The notes under the pieces are model-generated. The model saw only the letters and a program-made list of their open reading frames with translations. It had not been told where the DNA came from and did not search any database. Source: Lama guanicoe (lineage: Eukaryota). Taken from it: a stretch of DNA of 64,000 nucleotides. The stretch's first letter is position 1. Each line of letters begins with the position of its first letter. Positions 1 to 12,820 of the stretch are shown here, piece after piece. Location: positions 2,530,927-2,594,926 of the forward strand of contig MU053513.1 of assembly GCA_013239625.1 (NCBI GenBank), in the 5' to 3' direction. The translations under genes and the position numbers were made by a program.

Positions 1-509
1 ATATTTTGAACTAAAGGCATCATGCACGCAAATGTAGCGGAGCTTAATGAGGCTGGTGGTAGGCCCTTTGCTGCCATTCTACCCTCTTTCCTGGGTGTTC
101 TTTGTTTACCCTCAGGCATGATATTTGTCTGTATTACACTTTTGTGCAAATTAGGAAAAGGTTCTCCTCCAGCTTTGGTGGGTGTGACAGTTCCTTGGGC
201 ATATGGCCTCCCTAGCAAATAAAACCTTCTGGTGAAGAAAACACCATTCTTTCTTCCAGGACCTCAGATCTGTTCCAGCGCACAAAGCTTGGCACATACT
301 CAGGCTGGATTTCAGCCCTGACTTGACCCCTCAGATCAGTACCAGTGTGCACAACACATTGTCATACAAATGTCTTCAAGTGCTACTGACAAATACAGTT
401 GGCTCTTAAATCCTTATTTCCAGCCCACGTCAGTGCCCTGAGCGTCACATGTGTTAATCAGTGAGCCACTAGATAGTCCAATTTGCAATTACTTCAAAAA
501 CTTAAGACT

Positions 510-1610
510 AATACTTAAAAACTGACAAAGCAGAATTCCTCCTCTTCCTCCACCACCCCCACAAAAAAATCTCTTATTTCTTCTGTATTTTCTAACTTTG
601 TCATTGGCACCACCATCTCTTAATTGCCCAGGTTAGAAACATGAACTCAGCTAACATTTATTGTGCCCCCCGGATGTGGCCCTGGGCTGATGAACAAGAC
701 AAGCCAGGCCTTTCTCCTCACTGAGTCTGATGTTATGAGAGAGACAGACAAAAACTAGTAAACAAGTTGGTAAAGTAGCTCCCAGTTGAGATTGCTATTA
801 TGAAAAACATAAGCAAGATGATGTGATAGAAACTGGAGAAGGGCTTTATTTTTGTTAAGGTGCTCAGGGACTACTTCTTTGAAGAAGTGACATTTTCACT
901 GAGACATGGAAACAGAAAAGAAGCAAGTGCATTTGTTCCTAACCTGATGAGTCATTTGCAATGCTTCACTCTCCCGTATCCCTCACAACCCAGGTCTACG
1001 GCTTTTATTTCCTAAGCAGATCGTTAAGCCAGCCTCCTTCCTTCCATTTCCCCTGCCTGCTCTTGGCTTTTAGGACATCATGCTTTTTTGCCCTAATTAC
1101 TTCATATGCATCTTAGTCACTGTCGTGCCACTGTCATGGGCTCTCTCCATTCCAGCTTCTATAAAAAGATACAAATTTGATCATTTTGTTGCCCTTCTTA
1201 AAATCTACCTGAGGCTCCTCTTCTCCTTTAATGTAAAGCTCAAGTTTTCTGGATGGAATACTAAACGCGCCTACCTTGGATCTCGCTACTCCCTCCCACA
1301 ACGTCCTGTGCACGTCCTGCCTACCAGCCACATTGACTCCCTTACAGCTCCCTCACTGTATCGTGAGCTCACCTGCCTCCATTCCATGTATGGGTGCTTT
1401 TCCGGGAACGCCTCGCCACCTCCCCAGGAGCCTATCAGCCTGCCTGGCGCTGTGACGATTGTGATCGACTCACTTCCTCATACTCTTCCCTTGCGAACTG
1501 TCAGCTGTACCCTTCTGGTGTCATCTTCTATGTCGCACTTACTGTCCTCCATAGAATGTGGCTTGAAGGTTTTCTCTCTTTATTTTTCACTTGCCCACAT
1601 CTTATTATAG
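510..1610 (+). mobile_element. LINE-2 (L2) fragment, interrupted by an opposite-strand L2 3' fragment at ~650-935
   Basis: L2-like text 'ggcaccaccatctcttaattgcccaggttagaaac' resumes after 940 as 'ctgatgagtcatttgc'. The insert reads like a reverse L2 tail ('aacatttattgtgccc...gaagaagtgacatttt'). Confidence 0.55.
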
Positions 1611-1669
1611 CTCTAGTGATATTATTCCCCCTCCACACACCTTTTTTTGTCTTTGCAGGGATGACTTAC

Positions 1670-3125
1670 ATTTTTTAAAAATTTATGTGTGTATGTATGT
1701 ATGTATTTACTTATATAATTAAAATATAGTTGATTTACAATATCATATTAGCTTCTGGTATACAATGTAGTGACTCAGAATTTTTACAGATTGTATTCCA
1801 TGTAAAACTATTATAAAATATTGAATGTATTCCCCGTGCTGTTCAACAAATCCTTGTAGCTTATTTACCTTATACATAGCGGTTTATGCCTCTTCACTCC
1901 CTGCCTCTGTGTTGCGCAGTCCCCCTTCCCTCTCTCCACTGGCAACCACTAGTTTGTTTTCTATGTCTGTGAGTCTGCTTCTGCTGTTATATTCATTTGT
2001 TTACTTTATTTTTTAGATCCCATTTATAAGTGATAATATACAGTGTTTGCCTTTCTCTGTCTGGCTTCTATCACTAAGCATCATATCCTCCAGGTATATC
2101 TGTGTTGTTGCAAATTGCAGAATTTCATTCTTTTTATGGCTGAGTAATATTGAGTTGTCTATATATACATAATTGGCTGTATATACACACACATACATAT
2201 ATGTGTATATACATATGTGTACACCTACATATACGTGTGTATATATGTACACATACATACCACATCTTTATGCAGTCATCTGTTGATGGAAATTTATGCT
2301 GCTTCCATATTTTGGCTACTGTATGTAAATAATGCTGCTATGAAGCATTATTGAAGAGACTGTCTTTTCTCCATTGTGTATTCTTGCCTCCTTTGTCATA
2401 GATTAATTGACCAGAAGTGCATGGATTTATTTCTGGACTTTCTATCCTGTTCCATTGATCTATGTATTTGTTTTTGTACCTTTGTACCAGTCTCATACTG
2501 TCTTGATTACTTTAGCTTTGTAGTAAAGTCTGAAGTCAGGGAGTGTGACACCTCCAGCTTTGTTCTTATATCTCAAGATTTCTCAAGATCGCTTTAGCTA
2601 TTTTTTTTTTTGTATGTGTGGTTCCATATAAGTTTTAGGATTATTTGTTTTAGTTCTGAGAAAAGTGTCATAAGTATTTTGGTAGGGGTTGCATTAAATC
2701 TGTAGATTGCTTTGGGTAGTATAGACATTTTAACAATATTAGTTCTTCCAATCCATAAGCATGAGATATCTTTTCATTTATTTGTATTATATTTAATTTC
2801 CTTCATCAATGTCTTACAGTTTTCAGAGTTTCAGTCTTTCACCTCTGTGGTTAAATTTATTCCTAGGTATTTTATTCTTTATTATGCAATTGTAAATGGG
2901 ATTATTTTCTTGAATGAATAATAGTTCATTATTACTGTATTGAAAAGGAACAGATTTCTGTATATTGATCTTGTATACTGCAACTTTACTGAACTGACTT
3001 ATTAATTCTAATAGTTTTTTGGTTGGAAACTTTAGGGCTTTCTATATACAGTATCATGTCATCTGCAAACAGTGACAGTTTTACTTCTTCTCTTCCAACT
3101 TGGATTCCTTTTATTTCTTTATTTT
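1670..3125 (-). mobile_element. L1 3' portion (3'UTR plus ORF2 end), 5'-truncated, with an internal deletion at ~2345
   Basis: T-rich tail, typical L1 3'UTR text, and ORF 2013..2258(-) 'KKNEILQFATTQIYLEDMMLSDRSQTEKGKHCILSLINGI', which matches the L1 ORF2 C-terminus. Confidence 0.92.
2159..2260. repeat. Degenerate (TA/CA/TG)n microsatellite inside the L1
   Basis: atatatacat...tatatacacacacatacatatatgtgtatatacatatgtgtacac... Confidence 0.85.
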
Positions 3126-3428
3126 CATTTTGCTTTAATTTGGTTAAATTTGTTGAACTTGCCAATAGTCCAAGATATTTTTGGATAGTTTTATCATTTT
3201 ATCTGACACTGAAAAACAAAAATGCAAAGAAGCAAAAGAGTGGAAATAAAGAACATTTCACTTCCCATCTGCCAGGTCATTATTAACATTTGATTTTCAT
3301 TTTTTTCTCCACATTTGTAATACTTTTTATTGCTCAACTCCTGAATAATTTATATTATCTTGTCTAGGAAACCATCATTAGAGCAATATGAAGCAACATA
3401 GAAGGAGTTCTGTAATTCTTATCATCTT

Positions 3429-3517
3429 GTTTTAGATTTTATTTTTTATTGAAATGTAGTTGATTTACAATGTTAGTTTCACGTGTACAGCAAAGTGATT
3501 CAGTTATACACATACAT
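3429..3517 (-). mobile_element. Very short 5'-truncated L1 3' end with a 13-bp target-site duplication
   Basis: L1 tail text 'ttgaaatgtagttgatttacaatg...gtgattcagttatacac' flanked by ttcttatcatctt at 3416-3428 and 3518-3530. Confidence 0.88.
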
Positions 3518-3919
3518 TTCTTATCATCTTAATTTGATTACCTGTAGATCAGTTTGAGTTTTTAATACCCATAATCAGTCATCACCTAGATAGGAAGTCA
3601 ACTAGAATTCTTACCTTGAAGGCAAATACTGCAATTCCCTTGAGGCCATTAGTTTTTGGAACTCTACTCTCCTCCTAAAATGCCTGCCTTACTGGATCCT
3701 TCCTTGTATAACAGTCACTGAATATAGAAAAACATGTTAAGCTTGTTTGTTAGTCTTCTCAGTCTTTGTGATCTCTCTGACCATCTTCTAAAATGGTGGC
3801 AGTAACTTATATGAATTGGAGCCAGCTGAATTGCCAAGTTCTACTGATTTCATGAAAAGCATCTACTCATAGATCTTAGCCTCACGAAGCTATAGGCATC
3901 CTTATTATATAAGGGACTC

Positions 3920-4660
3920 ACATAAATCTTTAAGAAAATGAGCATTGCCCAATAGAAAAAATGGGTATATAAATTTATTTTATAGATGAAGAAATATAAG
4001 CAACAAATAAAATATTCTAATGGACTCTCATTAACAACTGGAGAAATATAAATTAAAATAAGACTATTATTACTTACTGGATATTAAAGATCTTAAAAAT
4101 TGCTAACACTTAAAGCTGGTGAGTATATGGTGAGATGAACTCATGCTGGCAGTGGAAAACAATTTGGAAATATTATTGAAAGCCTTATTCTTCATATACT
4201 TTAATGCAAAAATCTTCCCTCCAGAATCTAGTCTAAGGAAATAATGACATAAATGGAGAAAAACTTAGTGACAAAAATGTTTATTATAGTGTTACATAAT
4301 AAAAAGAAAATATCTTCAATCAGGACTAGGGTTAAGTAAAATATGAATATCTTTGTAATGAAATAGAATGTAGGCTATTAAAATTATGTTTGCGAAGGAT
4401 TTTTAATGACATGGTAAGATGATAATAGTATAATATCTTATAAAAAGGATACAAAATTGTATATTTAGATGTTAACAGCCACATGAAAATATTCATATAA
4501 AATACTGGAAGTAAATCTATCTGATCAAAAATTAATGGAGGTTATTTCTGGGTGGCACCATTATTGGCTAATTTTTAACTGATGTCTTTCTACTCCTTAC
4601 ATTAACCTTTCTTTCAGTTCCTCCATAGCAAAATAATAAAGGTTATTTTTTAAAAAGCAA
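3920..4660 (+). mobile_element. Old L1 (L1ME-like) ORF2 end/3'UTR fragment
   Basis: A-rich degenerate L1 text such as 'cccaatagaaaaaatggg', 'ggaaaacaatttgg' and 'ggttatttctgggtgg'. Confidence 0.7.
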
Positions 4661-5539
4661 TATACCAGAGCATTATTCATAGTATTTTATCACCACTTAT
4701 AACTTATTTTGGTCATGCTGAGTATCTTGGAAAAACTGTCCTGGTTTTGTTTCCTTTCTGTCCTCTTTTGAGATGAGGAACTGGAGTAGGTGGTCATCAA
4801 TAAGGCATGACATTTATAGTCCTCAGAGTTCCTGCTCCTCCTGCTCTTGCAACTGTCCCCCAGTCCTAGTCTGCTTGTGTTATCGCCCTCAGGACTGGGG
4901 TCCTCTTGAGAATCTAAGGCACCTTCCCTCCTGCTACTCTGCTAAGTGGAAGGAGTAGACCATGCTTTTACCTGGAGGCTACCACCTCTCAGCTACAAAT
5001 CAAAGTAATTGGCTGGAGTTGGCCAGAAATGCAGGGAGGGTACATGCCTCAGAGATAAAAAATTGATGAGTTGGTTTTGTCTGTACTTGTCTTCCTACCC
5101 CTTTGTTCTTTGTTTCTAACATTACATCCTTGATGACTTATGGGTTTCTAAGATGGGGAGAGCTGAATAAAGTCTTAGTCCTTTTATCTGGTTCAGATCA
5201 GAATGCTATATTTATTACAGAAATACTCAGGAGACGTTAGTAATCAAGATGAATCGTGTTTTTAGGGGTTGCTATCACAAGACACCTAGCAAAATGCTCA
5301 ATTACCTAGCCTGCCAACCAAACCAAAACGTAAGGATGCTGACAGTGTGGTGCTGTGCAAGCAGGGTGTGCTAGAGATTACCCTTCATCATTTGGTGTTT
5401 CAGATTGATGGTGAGCAGCAATATTGCCCCTTGTTCATTCTCCCAGCCTAGATGATAATGATAAAAACACCCAACCCTCAATAATATTTTCATAAAGTGC
5501 TCTCACATCCACGGTCTTATTTAAGAGAAGAAGTTAGTG

Positions 5540-5680
5540 AGGAGAAAGGGAAAGAATCCAGGGTTTGAATTCAGACAGACCTGGACCTAAGTCCCTCCTC
5601 TGCTGCTCACTGCTTGTAAAGTTTGTCTACTAATTTGGAAATACTTCCTACTTTGCAGTTTTGATATAAAATTATTAATC
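5540..5680 (+). mobile_element. MIR SINE fragment
   Basis: 'gggtttgaattcagacagacctgg...ctctgctgctcactg' resembles the MIR 5' region. Confidence 0.55.
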
Positions 5681-5689
5681 ACTCATGCA

Positions 5690-6430
5690 ACTATCAGGTT
5701 TGCTCATTCTTTATTCATGATTCAGAAGACACCGTGCTTGTTCAACCTCAGTAATCAGAGAAATATAAATTAAACAATAGGCAGGATATAGGGAACCAAA
5801 TAAGACACTATTTCTCCTTACATAGAACTGACAGTCTAGTGGGTTTAGATAAGCATTCATCAAATAATAACAAATAAATTAAAACCTGTCACTGTGATAA
5901 ATGCTATAAAAGACAGGTTCATGATCCCACTCAAGTAGAAAGTTGTGCTTAAGCCGAGATCTAATAGATGTGTAAGAGGTGGGCGAGGGCCAGACTGTGC
6001 AGGGATTTGGGAGGAGTTAATGAATTTGTCTTAATCCACAATATTTCATGTTGAAAATTGTGGCAAAACTGTGGAAACTAGATTAGAGGGGACCCAGAGA
6101 ATATGTGATTAGATCGATCAGTTAAGTGATTAATTTAGGCATTCAGGAGAGAGATCGTGATAGCTTCAACCAGGATGGTGATGGTGGAAATAGAGAAAAG
6201 TGGATGAGGTCCAGAGACACTTAGGAGGCAGAACAGATCTTGGTTATGGAATGAATGTATGCGCTGAAGGCAGCATCTACCAAGCCTACTAAGTTTCTGG
6301 ACTGCACAACCCAAAGCCATAAGAACAAGGTTGAATGGCAAATATCAGGAGCTCCTTACCTGTACTTACTGGGTCTGGGGTAACTTTGAGATGTACAAAA
6401 GGAGCATAAGTAGGTAGTTGGTGCAGTCAG
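5690..6430 (-). mobile_element. L2 fragment
   Basis: 'gaactgacagtctagtggg', 'ggagagagatcgtgatagcttcaaccaggatggtgatggtggaaatagagaaaagtggatg' are typical reverse-L2 phrases. Confidence 0.7.
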
Positions 6431-6539
6431 CTTTTAATAAAATGGCATGCATTATTCATCATATTATATAAACATTATGTATTCATAACAGTATAAGAAA
6501 CTGACTGTACACTGTCCATGGGTTAGTACTTCTGCTACT

Positions 6540-6965
6540 GGTAAGGGTCCTTAGTTGCTGGCAACTGAATCCACTCTAGCTACTTGTAGCAGGACAGTAT
6601 TTACTTTTTAAAAAATGGTTAACTTAAAAAAAATCTGTAAGGGAGCCAGAGGATTAGCTTTGGATACTACATAGCCATGAACAGCACAGCCAGGGACAAC
6701 AAACTCAGACCGAATACCCAGCCACACCCCTGGCTGTTCAGTACCCATCCAGCTTAAAGGCAGGATCCCAGAGCTCTGGCACACCAGAAGAACAGACATC
6801 TCTGTCAACTGCTTGCCAGAAAAGCTGGTTATCACCACAGTGTTGATATACCAACACACATTGCTCATTTTTGCATCCAAAATTTGGAAGACGCTGTATG
6901 GTGGGTGTAAACTAGAAAATATGAAAACATTCTAGCTGCAAAGAGTCTAGGAATCTAGTGTAGAA
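6540..6965 (-). mobile_element. Old MaLR LTR (MLT1K/L-like)
   Basis: 'gggtccttagttgctggcaactgaatccactctagcta' and 'ctagctgcaaagagtctaggaa'. Confidence 0.5.
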
Positions 6966-6984
6966 AGGTGAGTTAGCAGAGGGT

Positions 6985-7512
6985 TTTTTTTAAGTGCATA
7001 ATTTTTATGCATTTGTTTCTTATTGAAGTATAGTCGATTTACAATGTTGTATTAATTTCTGGTGTATAGCATAGTGATTCGGTTATACATATGTATATAT
7101 ACATATTCCTTGTCGTATTGTTTCATTATAGGCTATTACAATGTATTGAATATAGTTCCCTGTGCTACACAGTAGGACTTGTTTACCTATTTTATATATT
7201 GTAGTTAATAACTGCAAAGTCTAAACACCCAATTTATCCCTCCATCCCCCGCTTACCCCCTTGATAATCATAAGCTTATTTTTTATGTCTGTAAGTCTGT
7301 TTCTGTTTTGTAAATAAGTTCATTTGCATCATTTCTGTTCATTTTGTTTGTTTTTTGTGTTTTGGGGAGGCAATTTGATTGATTTTAATAGAGGTAGTGG
7401 CGATTGGACCCAGGACCTCGCGCATGCTAAGCACGCGCTCCACCACTGAGCTACACCCTCTTCCCATTTGTGTCATGTTTTTTAGCTTCCACATATAAGT
7501 CATACCGTATGG
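6985..7512 (-). mobile_element. Artiodactyl-type L1 3'UTR, interrupted by a SINE
   Basis: 'ttgaagtatagtcgatttacaatgttgtattaatttctggtgtatagcatagtgattc...atagttccctgtgctacacagtaggac'. Confidence 0.9.
7333..7464 (-). mobile_element. tRNA-derived camelid SINE (Vic-1 type)
   Basis: Reverse complement reads gggtgtagctcagtggtggagcgcgtgcttagcatgcgcgaggtcctgggtccaatcgcc, followed by an A-rich tail. TSD catttg(ca/tg)tcat at 7321-7332 and 7465-7476. Confidence 0.9.
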
Positions 7513-8714
7513 CTCCACAGGCTGATGGGAGTGGAGGCGAGTATTTCAGTTGGAAGGGACAGCATACCCAAAGGCATGGAAATTGAAACAGAAAGGCCAG
7601 AACAAAGTGCGGCATTTATGGGAGCTCAGTGAGCTCCTGACATTCCCTTAGGATCAGCTCAGCCGTCACCAAGCTGGGGAATTCTCTCGGTCCGGTTTGC
7701 CAGGCCTCCAGATTATTGGAAGCACCATGCTGTATTCTGACTACTCATTTACTTCTCTATCTCCCATATCAGACTGCACACGGAGGTATGTAATGAATAC
7801 GTGCCAAGAGGTATTTCAATTTGGGGTAGGAACAGATCAGGGAAGGCATGAGCAGGTGAGTGATGTGACTGGAATTTTATTTCTGATAGATTAGCATGGT
7901 CTTGGGAATTGAGGGGAGGGCTGATTCAGGGTTGGGGAACTGAAAATGAAGGCAGGGTGAGCAATAGAAGGATTTCGAAATAGAGAATCTATTTGGAAGG
8001 TCACTTTATACTTAAAGTAAGCTCTCTGCTGGCCAATACCTTAAAATTATTATTATTCAAAAAACACTTGAGGTAGGCAAATATGAGCCAACTTTGTCTC
8101 CCCTCTTTCTCTCCACTTCACCAGCAAACTTCTTGAAAAAAAAGTCATCTGCTTTCTAAACTCAACCATTTCTTAAACAATGACAAATGTGCTTTCACTA
8201 CTTTCCTACAAATTCTCACATTTTCTGGATGGTTCATTATGTTGATAGCTCTTGGGCTTCTAAAATATGTTTTTTCTCTTCCTGTGCCCAGCCTCATTCT
8301 GACTCAATAATTGATCTACTATACTGAGCTGCCTTTTCAATGTCAAGATTCCCTCTGCTTCTCTTCCCAGGCTACATAAAACAATGTCATTGTCATTCAC
8401 CTCCCAAGCTTCAGGTGTAACCAGTGCATCTGGCTTTCAAATCAATATTCCCTTGCCTCCATGTCTTTCAAATGAACATATCAGAGCTGCCTCAAACTCA
8501 GTATATCCACATGTGAGTGCTTCATCTCCTCCTCCCAAAAGCCTTTTCTTCTCCTGCATCATTCATCCCAGTTAAGGGAAATCATCTAGAGTCAATTAGC
8601 CAAGGTGTAAACCTCCAAGTAATTCTTGAGTCCTCTTTCCTTGTTTTACACACTCCCCCAAATCCCATTAATCACCAAGTCTGATTAATCCTCTCCATAA
8701 AACAACTTCTATAT

Positions 8715-9297
8715 TGTGGTGTAATGAGTAGAACTGTCCGAAAGTGACGCTGGAAGCTCACTCTCACTGTCTGAGCAGTGAGTTAGCTGGAACAGCAGAT
8801 TCTTCTCCCAGAGGAAGGGGCTGCAGGGGTCAGGAAGTTTCCTCACTTCAGCAAGGTCAATCACATCATCTCATGGGTCCGAACTTTCCAGGTTTTGAAG
8901 AGCTAGCATTCTGGGTCAGCTCTCAAACTGCTGGCACCTCAAGTTCAAATAGTCTTGTACTAGGCAGCCTATGCATTCCTGCAATGTGTAGGCTGCTTTC
9001 TCAAGGTCGTCCTACAAAGAGACAGATCTATGGCTAAATGAGGGACATCTTTCCACTGGAACCTGTAGACCCAAAGAGCACGTCCAACAGAGCTTAGGGC
9101 CCCACACGCCCTCTGTGAAATAATGTTAGGATCCAGAGACCCTCACCTTATCTTTAGTTCTTGATTCAGATTTTAAGTTATCCTTTCCCTCCCAAAAAGC
9201 ATATTTCTAAACCCTTGCTATAGGACCTTGTGAAATAGATCCCAAACCATTGTACATAACAGGAGATAAGACATGAAGGACCCAGTGGCATATCACA
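8715..9297. mobile_element. Possible ancient LTR fragment, family unresolved
   Basis: A TG...CA bounded ~580-bp block (tgtggtgtaat...tatcaca) that interrupts the L2. Confidence 0.3.
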
Positions 9298-9496
9298 GTT
9301 TCTCTCCCTCATAAAGCAGCGTGTTTTGTTAAAATCCTCATTACCTCTCAACTAGATCACTGCTTCCTGACCGAACTCCTGCTTTGGGTTTTGTCCCTTC
9401 TCATTCTAACCTTCCCACCCTGTCTGAGGATAAATTTAAAATAAAAATCTGATCACCTACTCTCTGTTTTAGATTTTTTGGTGGCAGCATAGGGCC

Positions 9497-11095
9497 TATA
9501 ATGTTGTCCTTTTTAAAGGAAAAAAATTCTTTCAGACTACCAGTATTAAATTATTCGTTATAATATTATAAAAATCTATAGGCACATAAGACTAGGTATA
9601 GCAACTCACTTTCCTCATGGGTAATGTACAAATTTAAATCCAAAAATAAATATACAATTAAACAAAACTGTAAAACCAATACAATTCTAATTAACAACGT
9701 TAATTTAATATGAAAGATTAATAGTAGAAAGATAAAGCTAAATCCTTCTGTATTTCTATGTTTTATCTTTAATCTGTTTCTGTATCTTAAATTTTAAAAT
9801 ACTAAAGAGGGAAATACTGTTTACTTAAGAATGTTGCCCATAATGGTATAAAGTAACATCATAGTTTCGATGACTATTTTAGGGTGTTCAGACCACCTCC
9901 TTATTCCAATTCTGCAGATTCTTCTGTGGAATAATCATCAAATGCCAATTTTAATGAGCTGTCTCTTGATTCCTATGAGGCTATCTTGGAAACTTGAAAA
10001 TAAGGTTATTATTATGGCATACTTAAATTTGCATTAAATGATTATCTAATCCAATTATTACTGGACTTGTGAAAGGGAAAATAATATTTGAGGTTATTTT
10101 TTGTTTCCTATAGTTATTGAAGAAATATTCATGGCTGCAACACAGAGCTAGTGGAAAAATGGCAGTAAATACTGAAAGTGATTCATTCAGACCATTTTGA
10201 AATGACTTGACCATAAATCAAGTTTTCTATCATTGCTTCCATTTTGTCTGAAATTAGGAAGAAAGTCTATTCAACCTAAAACAAAATCTCCTTTATATGG
10301 TGCCCCATGAGGTTATCTGGCCTTTATTTGGCATAAACAAAGCATTTACTTAATAAATCTGTCTGATCATTTGTTATAAACCAGAAACACTTGATGGGGA
10401 CATCACTCCCCTTGCAATGCTGTTTTCATGATCTCACATCAGAATCTTGACTTGTCTAGCTTAAGAAACAAAAATAATATTCTACAAAATGTGTTTTAAT
10501 TTTCAATGAGAAAAAAACATTTTTTCATCATAATTGGTAAAATAATTCAACATAAATACAATGAATTGAGTATAGGACAATTGTCATTTTGCCATTAAGA
10601 TGTGCTGATGTAACCCCATACAATCAAGTCCACTTACTAACACATTAAAAGTTGAAAACTGTCACTTTAGGTCAGGGTTGCAAACTGGTAATGCTGTATT
10701 TGGTTTGAACTGCATAGTTATTTCTTTTAACGTCAGATGAATACTTTTTAAGGTGAGGTATGTGATCTCTAATGCAGCATGGGCCTTACTATTCTTGACT
10801 GTTTATGGCCATCGTGATCATTCATTTGCAAAATGGAATCTACTGAATATTCAACTCCCACGTTGGACCCAAGGTGACAATATAACTATGGGCAACACAC
10901 ATGGTGCTAATTACAATGATCCAGAATATATCCGTATTCATTTTAGGGCTTTTGTTTGCTTGCTTTTGCTTTATTTTGTTTAGATTCTCATCAAAATGGG
11001 GGGTAAAATCTTTCCTGGGGGAACTTTTGCATCTCAAGATGTGTCCTCACTTCCTCCACCCCAAGGGTCCATGGACTCCAGTTTGAGATATACTG
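9497..11095 (-). mobile_element. hAT-Charlie DNA transposon fossil with decayed transposase C-terminal region
   Basis: Frameshifted minus-strand translation gives 'SDKMEAMIE(K)LDLWSSHF', 'KYYFPFHKSSNNWIR*SF' and 'DSSLKLAF', resembling Charlie/Buster transposases. The right end 'ccagtttgagatatactg' is a Charlie-type terminus. Confidence 0.75.
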
Positions 11096-11719
11096 GCCTA
11101 CTGGACAAGACAAAATTCCTTAAGTGGGTGTCCATTCCATTTTAGTGCCATCTTAATTGTTCAGTGGACCTTTCCGCCTCTCCTGTCATGCACTCTATCT
11201 TCAGCCACATCACTGATTCTCTCTTAAATGTTCCATGAATGATGATCTCTTGATGCATATACACATCTTATTCCTATTCCTTCTGCCTTGAATGGCCTTC
11301 CCACCTTATTAGCTAAAAAACTCCCCTCAAGGCTCTTTGTGACCCAGTTAAAGTGTCATCTTCTTGGTGGAGGCTTTCCAAGCTCCCCAAAGCTGAGTTA
11401 GTTACTTCCTGCTCCCCTAGGCTCCCCACAGCACTGTTTTAAAAAACACATCACTGTAACACTGATTCCTTGACACTGAAATGAGCTTTTTGTGAGTCAC
11501 TCACTAAGTCTTTTACTCCATAAGCGATGGGGAGCTGCACCGTCCCCATTCTCCTAAGGACGAGAGATATTACAGAATTTTTCCAGAACAAATACAGAGG
11601 ATAAGTGTAAGGGATGGAAAAGGGTAGATACCAAACAGTAAAGAAGGCTAGGATGGGAAGAGAGCCACAACTCCTCCAAACACAAGGGAAAAGCATACAA
11701 TTTGGAGTTATAAGCCTCA

Positions 11720-12775
11720 AGTTTAATTCCCCTCTTTGGAAAAGTATTTGCCACCGTCTTTTCAAATATTGCTCCCATCCCATCTCTCTTCTCCTGGGAA
11801 TTTGATTTGAATGTGTGTAGGACATTCTCACAGTATCTTCTATGTATTTTACCTTTTCTCTTCTGTATTCTATGTTTTGTTTCTTTGTGCTACATTCTGT
11901 ATGATATCTTCTGGCCTGTCTCTCAGTTCACCAATTCTGTCTTCATCTGGGTTTAACATAAATACAATAACTCAGTTTTTAATTTGTTATTGTAATAGGA
12001 CATTGAGAATTTATATTTGGTTCTTTTTCAAATCTGGTATGTAGCTTCTTATAGTTTCATGCTATTTGTAGACATTTTGTGGCATGCTTTTTATTTCTTT
12101 GAACACACCAAGCAAAATGTATTATTTTATTGTCTATGTCTGATAATTCAAGCACATCAACTCTTCATAAGTAGAAAAGATACTCTTGTTGACTCTATCT
12201 CCTTGCTGCCTAGTTATAGTTCGGTACTTGACATTGTATTTTTAAAACCTGGAGCCCGAGGATAATGACAGTTTTCTTCAAGAGGAGTCTAAATGGCCTC
12301 TGCCAGGGGCTTGAGGCACTGCTCATCTCAGAAAATGTTAAGCACAGTTTAAGCTTGTGGTTCCCTGGACCCACTAGTTGCCGTAAACCTGGGCTGTGAG
12401 TCCAGCAAGGCTTTGTTTATTTCTGTAGCCCTTTGGAGTCCCCCCTTAAAGTGAGGGGACTGTCAAACTCCCCACATGGCTCAGGTCCTGGGGTCTTTGT
12501 CCTCCGCTTAAGGCCACCAGGAGCACAACTTGGTTTTGCCGCTGTTTCTTCCAAGTAAGCGCATGCGCTCAGGACGAAGCCGCTCTGGGGGTTGGGCTTG
12601 CTTCCCTGGATCCTCAGCAACTCCTAGGCTGTGACCTGGTCGTTCCTGAGGTCTTGCTAGTTCTTATGTGCTTTTAAGAGGATGCTTTTTATATTTCATC
12701 TCTCCTTTCTGTTGCCTGCAGATAGAGGGGTAATTAAAATCACCTAGTTGCCATCATTAGAAGAAATTTCTAGGT
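11720..12775 (-). mobile_element. Old L1 (L1M/L1ME) ORF1/5' fragment
   Basis: ORF 11554..11778(-) 'GAIFEKTVANTFPK' resembles the L1 ORF1p motif 'AIFEEIMAENFPKL'. The + strand is T-rich. Confidence 0.7.
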
Positions 12776-12820
12776 AGTGGCCTCACCACTAAGGTTCCCT
12801 GAGCCTGAAGTTTGATCATC

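Noticed and set aside
1080..1610. 176-aa ORF
   Set aside because: Lies in a decayed L2, has no recognisable domain, and its composition is typical of random reading.
7621..7637. IR1-like palindrome ggagctca-g-tgagctcc
   Set aside because: Both half-sites deviate from AGGTCA, and such palindromes are expected by chance in 64 kb.
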